Assembly: GCA_009784565.1 (NCBI GenBank)
Contig: WRBL01000001.1
Location: 1-59,317, forward strand
Source: Streptosporangiales bacterium
Lineage (GTDB): Bacteria; Actinomycetota; Actinomycetes; Streptosporangiales; Streptosporangiaceae
Reading direction: 5' to 3'
Length of the DNA: 59,317 nucleotides
Shown: in pieces, positions 54,307-59,317 of the stretch
Position numbering within the stretch: position 1 is the first letter of the stretch
Layout of the letters: the number at the start of each line of letters is the position of its first letter
The notes under the pieces: model-generated
Told to the model about the DNA's origin: nothing
Databases searched by the model: none
Seen by the model: only the letters and a program-made list of their open reading frames with translations
Position numbers and translations under genes: made by a program

Positions 54307-55140
54307 TCACGGGTTTTCCGCGGCCCGCGTGATGTAGGTCAGGGCCACGAACGACCGGTACATGGCCAGGGGGTCGCGGTCGGAGATCGCCACGCTCCGG
54401 GTGCCGGTGCGCTCGACGCCCCGCACCCAGCTCGCGATCTCCGCCATGTCCGCGGTCAGGGTCTCGATGTCGAGGCGGGCCGGGAGGTCGATCCGCGGCA
54501 GCGGAACCGAGCCCATCGCGGAGCGCCGGACGGCTCGTGCGGCCGCTTCCTTGATCGCTTCCCGGGCGTCGAGCGGGTGGACCTGGGAGGCGGCGGACCG
54601 GGACACGGACTCCTTCACCACGACCCGTTCGGCCTCCTTGAAGAAGGGGTCGCCCTCGGTGACCGTCTGCTGGTCTCCGGTGATCAGCATGACCGGGGCC
54701 CCGTAGGCCAGGGCGACGAGCGCGTTGATGCCGCTCTCCCCGCATTCGATCCCGTTCAGCGTGACCCGGGAGATCACCCTCGGGTTGTAGGTGTGCGACA
54801 GCACGGAACTCGAGCCGGAGGCCGATCCGTGGTAGCCGACGAAGAACACGGCATCGACCTTGGAGTCCATTCCCTCCATCATGTACAGAGGCTTGTGCCG
54901 CCCCGCGACGTAGGCGGACCGTCCGTGCAGTTCGGCCGGGTTGACGTTGTTCATCGTCCCGTGCGAGTCGTTGCACATGATGGCCGTAGCGCCACCGGCG
55001 ATGGCCCCGTCGATCGCGGCGTTGACCTCGCCGAGGAGAAGCGCGCGCCCTTCCTCGTAGGCCTGGCCTGGCCCGCGGCACTGGTCCCAGTCGACGATGC
55101 CCGCGACGCCTTCCATATCGAAGGAAATAAAAACTCTCAC
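54307..55140 (-). CDS. M55 D-aminopeptidase (DppA-like)
   Basis: ISFDMEGVAG, NDSHG, GYH, LSHT, GE..IN, TGD. Confidence 0.93.
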   Translation of the reverse strand: MRVFISFDMEGVAGIVDWDQCRGPGQAYEEGRALLLGEVNAAIDGAIAGGATAIMCNDSHGTMNNVNPAELHGRSAYVAGRHKPLYMMEGMDSKVDAVFFVGYHGSASGSSSVLSHTYNPRVISRVTLNGIECGESGINALVALAYGAPVMLITGDQQTVTEGDPFFKEAERVVVKESVSRSAASQVHPLDAREAIKEAAARAVRRSAMGSVPLPRIDLPARLDIETLTADMAEIASWVRGVERTGTRSVAISDRDPLAMYRSFVALTYITRAAENP

Positions 55141-55194
55141 AAAAACCATTATCCCGAACGGATCATGCTGACTCCCCCGAGATGAGGATCTCCT

Positions 55195-55698
55195 ATGCCG
55201 GTGCAGAGGCTCAATCACGCGGTGCTGTACGTCAACGGGCTGCGGCGGGAAGTTGACTTCTATACGCGGGTCCTCGGGTTCGAGGTGCGGACCGAGATTC
55301 CGGGGAAGGCGGCTTTCCTGAGGGCCCGGGGCTCAGCGAACGACCATGACCTGGGCTTGTTCGACGTGGGGGAGGGCCACGCGTCCGGGCGCCCGGAGGT
55401 CGGGCTGTACCACCTGGCCTGGGAGGTCGGCACGCTCGCTGAACTGGCCGGCATGCGCGAGGCGCTCGTCGACGCGGGCGCCCTGGTGGGGGAAAGCGAC
55501 CACATCCTGTCGAAGTCGCTGTACGCGAAGGACCCGAGCGGCATCGAGTTCGAGGTCCTGTGGCGGGTCCCGGCCGAGGACTGGGACGCCGAGATCTCCC
55601 GAGCCACCGCGATGACCATTCCCCTGGACTGGGAGAAGACCCTGGCCCGCTGGGACCCCGCCCGGCCCACCGGAGCCGCCGCCGGCTCGCCGACCTAG
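55195..55698 (+). CDS. VOC/glyoxalase family protein
   Basis: RLNHAVL, NDHDLGL, GLYHLAWEV, SLYAKDPSGIEFEV. Confidence 0.92.
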   Translation: MPVQRLNHAVLYVNGLRREVDFYTRVLGFEVRTEIPGKAAFLRARGSANDHDLGLFDVGEGHASGRPEVGLYHLAWEVGTLAELAGMREALVDAGALVGESDHILSKSLYAKDPSGIEFEVLWRVPAEDWDAEISRATAMTIPLDWEKTLARWDPARPTGAAAGSPT

Positions 55699-56732
55699 CG
55701 GCTGGGGGTTCGCAGGCGGGCGGAGGCGGCCACGCGGGCGGCCAGGGTGAGGATGATCGCTACGGGGAGGGTCTGCGGAAGCTGGGCCGGGGGAACGAAC
55801 ATGACCGCGCTGAACGCGGCGGCGACCCCGCCGACGGCGAAGGCCAGTGCCACGGCGACCCGCCGGGTGCGCAGGGTGCGCAGGACCAGGGACCGGGCCT
55901 CGGCGGGCAGTCGCGCCATCACGACCGCGAAGCTGGCCAGGGTCCCGGCGGCCAGCAGGCCGAAACCGAGGGCGAACGGGAACGTGCTGGAGTGCATGAC
56001 CGCGGGCACCCACAGCAGGAGCAGCGCGATCAGCACGAAGAAGTAGATGATCCGGGACACGGTCCGCAGGATCACCACGTCGATGTTCCGGCTGTAGATG
56101 TGCTCGGCCGGCGTGGTGCGGGCCGCGTTGATGAAGTGGCGGATCGCCCCGGCGGTGTCGTGCCGCCGCAGCCGGATCCGGCCCAGTTCGTTCATCGCCC
56201 CGCTATGCGAGGGGTCGAGGGAGAGCGCCTGCTCCTGATGCCAGCGCGCGCCCTCGAGGTCGCCCCGGGCCAGGGCCACCTTGCCGGACAGGAAGTACAC
56301 GTCGGGCTCGTTCGGCGCGAGCCGACGGGCCTGCTCGGCGGCGGCCGCGGCCACTGTGTGCTGGCCCGCCGCCAGCGCCGCCTGGGCCACGCACACGTGA
56401 GTCTGCCAGTAGGAGGAGGCCAGCCGCCGGGCCTCGGAGGCGGCCCGCAGCGCGTGGGAGTGGTTGCCCAGGTGCATCAGCGCGTTGCTGGCCAGACGGT
56501 GCGGCCACTCCTCGCCCGGATCGATCGCGGCGGCCCGGTTGGCCGCGTCCACCGCGGCCTGGTAGCGCTCGGCGCCCAGGTGGGCGCGGGCGAACAGGCA
56601 CCAGGCACGGCTGCTCTCGGGGTCGGCTGAGACCACCCGCGCGAGCAGGGCGGTCGCCTCGTCGTACCGCCCGAGGTCGAGCATGGTCGCGGCGCGCGCC
56701 AGCTCTTGCCTGAGGTCTGTAGATGTGCTCAT
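55695..56732 (-). CDS. TPR-repeat protein with C-terminal ~4 TM helices
   Basis: Repeated A...DP / A...AP helical motifs followed by hydrophobic segments. Confidence 0.85.
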   Translation of the reverse strand: MSTSTDLRQELARAATMLDLGRYDEATALLARVVSADPESSRAWCLFARAHLGAERYQAAVDAANRAAAIDPGEEWPHRLASNALMHLGNHSHALRAASEARRLASSYWQTHVCVAQAALAAGQHTVAAAAAEQARRLAPNEPDVYFLSGKVALARGDLEGARWHQEQALSLDPSHSGAMNELGRIRLRRHDTAGAIRHFINAARTTPAEHIYSRNIDVVILRTVSRIIYFFVLIALLLLWVPAVMHSSTFPFALGFGLLAAGTLASFAVVMARLPAEARSLVLRTLRTRRVAVALAFAVGGVAAAFSAVMFVPPAQLPQTLPVAIILTLAARVAASARLRTPSR

Positions 56733-56739
56733 GATGCCG

Positions 56740-58137
56740 TCAGAGAAGCCGCCGCTTCCTCAGATATGCCACGAGATCATCGTATGCGCCGCCCTCGTTG
56801 GCGAACAGGGCCACATTTCGGGCGGTCTCGAACCAGGTGCCCAGGGACGGCCTGACCTCGGCCGCGGCGGCCTCCAGGTCGCCCTGGCCGATGAGCCGGG
56901 GCTCGCCGCGGTGGACGGAGTCCAGCAGCGCCCGCTCGGCCGCCGTCTCGCAGATGTGCGCGATGTCGGCGCCGGAGTACCCGTCGGTGAGCTTGGCCAG
57001 CTTGCGCAGGTCGATGCCCGCGACCGGCCGCTCGCGCAGGTGGAACCGGAACACGCCCTCGCGGGCCTTGCCGTCCGGCGGCAGCACCAGCAGGGTCCGG
57101 TCGAACCGGCCCGGCCGCCGCAGCGCCGAGTCCACGTCCCACGGATGGTTGGTCGCCGCGAGCAGGAACACGCCGGTGTTGTCCGCGGTCGCGTCGTCCA
57201 GTTCCAGCAGCAGCTGGTTGACGGCCGAGCGCATCGGGGTGTTCCGCAGCTGGGAGCGTTTCTGCCCGATGGCGTCGACCTCGTCGAGGAAGACCACGCA
57301 CGGGGCGTTGCGGCGGGCGGTCTCGAACAGCTCGTGGATGTTCCGCTCGCTGCGACCCACGAACATGTCGATCAGGTCGGCGAACGACACGCTGACGAAG
57401 CGGGCGCCGAGCTCGCCGGCCACGGCGCGGGCGACGAACGTTTTCCCGCAGCCGGGCGGCCCGTACAGCAGCAGTCCGCCACGCAGCGACTTGCCGTACA
57501 GCTTGCGCAGCTCCGGGTTGCGCATCGGGGCCAGGAACGCCGCGTCCAGGCGCTTCTTCACCTCGTCCATGCCCGCGACGTCATCGAGGGTGAGGCCGGT
57601 GTGCTCGGCGTCGTAGACGCGGGCCTCCTCGATCCCGGCGGACGTGGAGCCCGCCTCGTCCCCGAGGAACGCGGGCGGCAGTACGTCGCGCAGCTCGCTT
57701 TCGGCCTGCGACCAGTCGTAGTCCCCGGATCCGGGGGCCGGCGGCCCGGGATCGGCCGGGCCGGGACCCTGGGGGTCCCCGGCCGGATCGCCGGACGGAT
57801 CCGCCTCGGGTGTCCCGGCCTCCTCGCCGCCAGAAGCCGGGTCACGGGGGGCGGGCGACACCGGGCCGGTCGCGGTGTCATCCGGAAGGGACGGCCCCCC
57901 GGGCTCCCCGGGCTCCCCGGGTGAGGGGCGTCCCTGGGGCCGGTCCTGGGTAAGCAGGGAGAGGGCCTCGCTGTTGCCGGGGTCGCGCTGCAGCACGGCG
58001 CCCAGGTGCCTGACCGCCTCGTCCCGCTGGCCGGCGCGCAGCAGCAGGCCGGCGAGGTGCAGGCGGAGCGGCACGTCGTCGGGCATCGCGTTGACGGCGC
58101 TTCTCAGGCTGTCGAGTACGGCAGGGTCAGGTTCCAT
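56740..58137 (-). CDS. Classic-clade AAA ATPase with N-terminal TPR-like domain
   Basis: GPPGCGKT, pore loop MFVG.SE, FLDEVD, SRH AATNHPWDVDSALRRPGRFD. Confidence 0.93.
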   Translation of the reverse strand: MEPDPAVLDSLRSAVNAMPDDVPLRLHLAGLLLRAGQRDEAVRHLGAVLQRDPGNSEALSLLTQDRPQGRPSPGEPGEPGGPSLPDDTATGPVSPAPRDPASGGEEAGTPEADPSGDPAGDPQGPGPADPGPPAPGSGDYDWSQAESELRDVLPPAFLGDEAGSTSAGIEEARVYDAEHTGLTLDDVAGMDEVKKRLDAAFLAPMRNPELRKLYGKSLRGGLLLYGPPGCGKTFVARAVAGELGARFVSVSFADLIDMFVGRSERNIHELFETARRNAPCVVFLDEVDAIGQKRSQLRNTPMRSAVNQLLLELDDATADNTGVFLLAATNHPWDVDSALRRPGRFDRTLLVLPPDGKAREGVFRFHLRERPVAGIDLRKLAKLTDGYSGADIAHICETAAERALLDSVHRGEPRLIGQGDLEAAAAEVRPSLGTWFETARNVALFANEGGAYDDLVAYLRKRRLL

Positions 58138-58345
58138 GCGTCCGTCCGGGCTAGTGTCAGGTTCCCGCCCTCCACATTATGAGGTCTGGCCGCCTCGCGG
58201 ATACCGTCCGGCCAGGTTCGGCCCTGGCCGGGCCCCCGTGAATCCGTATCCGGAGGGCATCGCGGGAATACCGCTGTAACCGGTGTCACACCTTCGTAAG
58301 GGCGCGCCCTCAAGGGAATTCGCCGCCTCTGGGGGAGTACTGCGC

Positions 58346-59317
58346 CTAGCAGGCGTTGTCGGCCGCGCGCGAGGCGCTGTTGAGGGCCGTCACGGCGGAA
58401 CTGGGAATATAGCCCTTCTGCACATCCGCGCGGACCGAGGCCAGCTCGTCGTGGAGGCCGCCGAGCGCCGTCTTCACCTGCGCGCCCTGAGCCGAGCCCT
58501 GGGCGGTGGACAGGTCGCCGATCGTCGTGGTCAGGTCCGAGGCCAGGGTGGGCTGGCGGGCTTTGGCGTTGAGGTCGCTGACCGTGCGGTCGTAGGCGGG
58601 CAGCGCCGTGGCCTGGTAGGCCTTGCAGCCTGGGTCGCCGCTGCCGCCGCCGATGCGGGGCGCGACGGCCATGCCGATGCCGGCACCCACGGCGATCACC
58701 GCGACGCCGCCGGCGAGAACCACGATCAGGCCCTTCCGGGTGCCGGACAGCCTCCGGCCGGCGGTGCCGCGCGGACGCGGGCGACCGGTCGCCGCCGGGG
58801 GCGGTCCGCCGAATCCGGGGCCCCCGAGGCCCGATCCGCCGAACCCCGGTCCGTCGTAGGACGGGTCGCTGCCGTACTGGCCGGGGCTGAAGGTCTGCGT
58901 GGGCTGCGGGGTGTCGTCCCGGCCGGGGCCGCCGTAGGCGGGGTCGCCGAAGGTCGCGCCGGGAGGACCGCTGGCCGGGCCCGGGCCGCCGGTGTAGGCC
59001 GGTCCGGGTGTGTAGGCCGGTCCGGGCTGCCGGTGCGAGCCGGAATTGGCGCCGCTGCCGCGCATCCGGCGGTACAGGGCCTCCTCATGGGCGGCCGCGT
59101 CGTAGAGCTGAGGCTCTTCCGGGGGCGGTGGCGGGGCCGCGTGGCGCGGGCCGCCGGCGGGCTCCTGGCCGTTCGGGACCGCGCCGAACGGCGGCTGGTC
59201 CAGTGGCGCTTCGCCGGGACCGGGCGGAGCGAAGGCCGGGCGCTGCTCCGCGCGCGTCGGCGGGGCCGGCGCGTCGGGCACGTCCGTCACGGGCGGAGCC
59301 GGAGAGGCCGGGGCCGG
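58346..59317 (-). CDS. Pro/Gly-rich single-pass membrane protein, probably 5'-truncated by the window edge
   Basis: Frame stays open to 59317; TM segment followed by a helical domain bounded by two Cys. Confidence 0.7.
   Translation of the reverse strand, partial: PAPASPAPPVTDVPDAPAPPTRAEQRPAFAPPGPGEAPLDQPPFGAVPNGQEPAGGPRHAAPPPPPEEPQLYDAAAHEEALYRRMRGSGANSGSHRQPGPAYTPGPAYTGGPGPASGPPGATFGDPAYGGPGRDDTPQPTQTFSPGQYGSDPSYDGPGFGGSGLGGPGFGGPPPAATGRPRPRGTAGRRLSGTRKGLIVVLAGGVAVIAVGAGIGMAVAPRIGGGSGDPGCKAYQATALPAYDRTVSDLNAKARQPTLASDLTTTIGDLSTAQGSAQGAQVKTALGGLHDELASVRADVQKGYIPSSAVTALNSASRAADNAC

Noticed and set aside
58980-59030. 18-bp coding tandem (PGPAYT x2), also 44266-44306 (TAGPAT)
   Set aside because: Ordinary low-complexity linker duplications

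Overview
High-GC chromosomal segment from an actinomycete, inferred from the WhiJ/DUF397 cluster, conservon, actinobacterial dapD and many apparently leaderless genes. It carries core genes (dnaG, an RpoD-family sigma factor, tRNA-Asn, dapD) and accessory modules: a WhiJ-like cluster, a processive GT2 + GH26 pair, an effector-less STAND ATPase divergent from a conservon lacking its GTPase, an orphan dnaN paralog, three ABC systems, two two-component systems, a tricorn protease, an SsuD/SsuE-like pair, a K+ channel and a TPR-AAA/TPR-membrane pair. No integrase, transposase, rRNA or CRISPR array was seen. The most striking unexplained signal is non-coding. A ~105-bp element occurs as inward-facing inverted copies (4-107 and 2476-2580) bracketing an AbiEi/DUF559-like nuclease gene and a HAD gene. 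A third, solitary copy (39824-39933) keeps the same hairpin architecture with different stem sequence. A second ~49-bp palindromic repeat family occurs three times. Together these suggest a REP-like repeat system possibly served by the nuclease. One ABC permease has a single in-frame TAG. All family calls come from reading motifs by eye, not from database searches.
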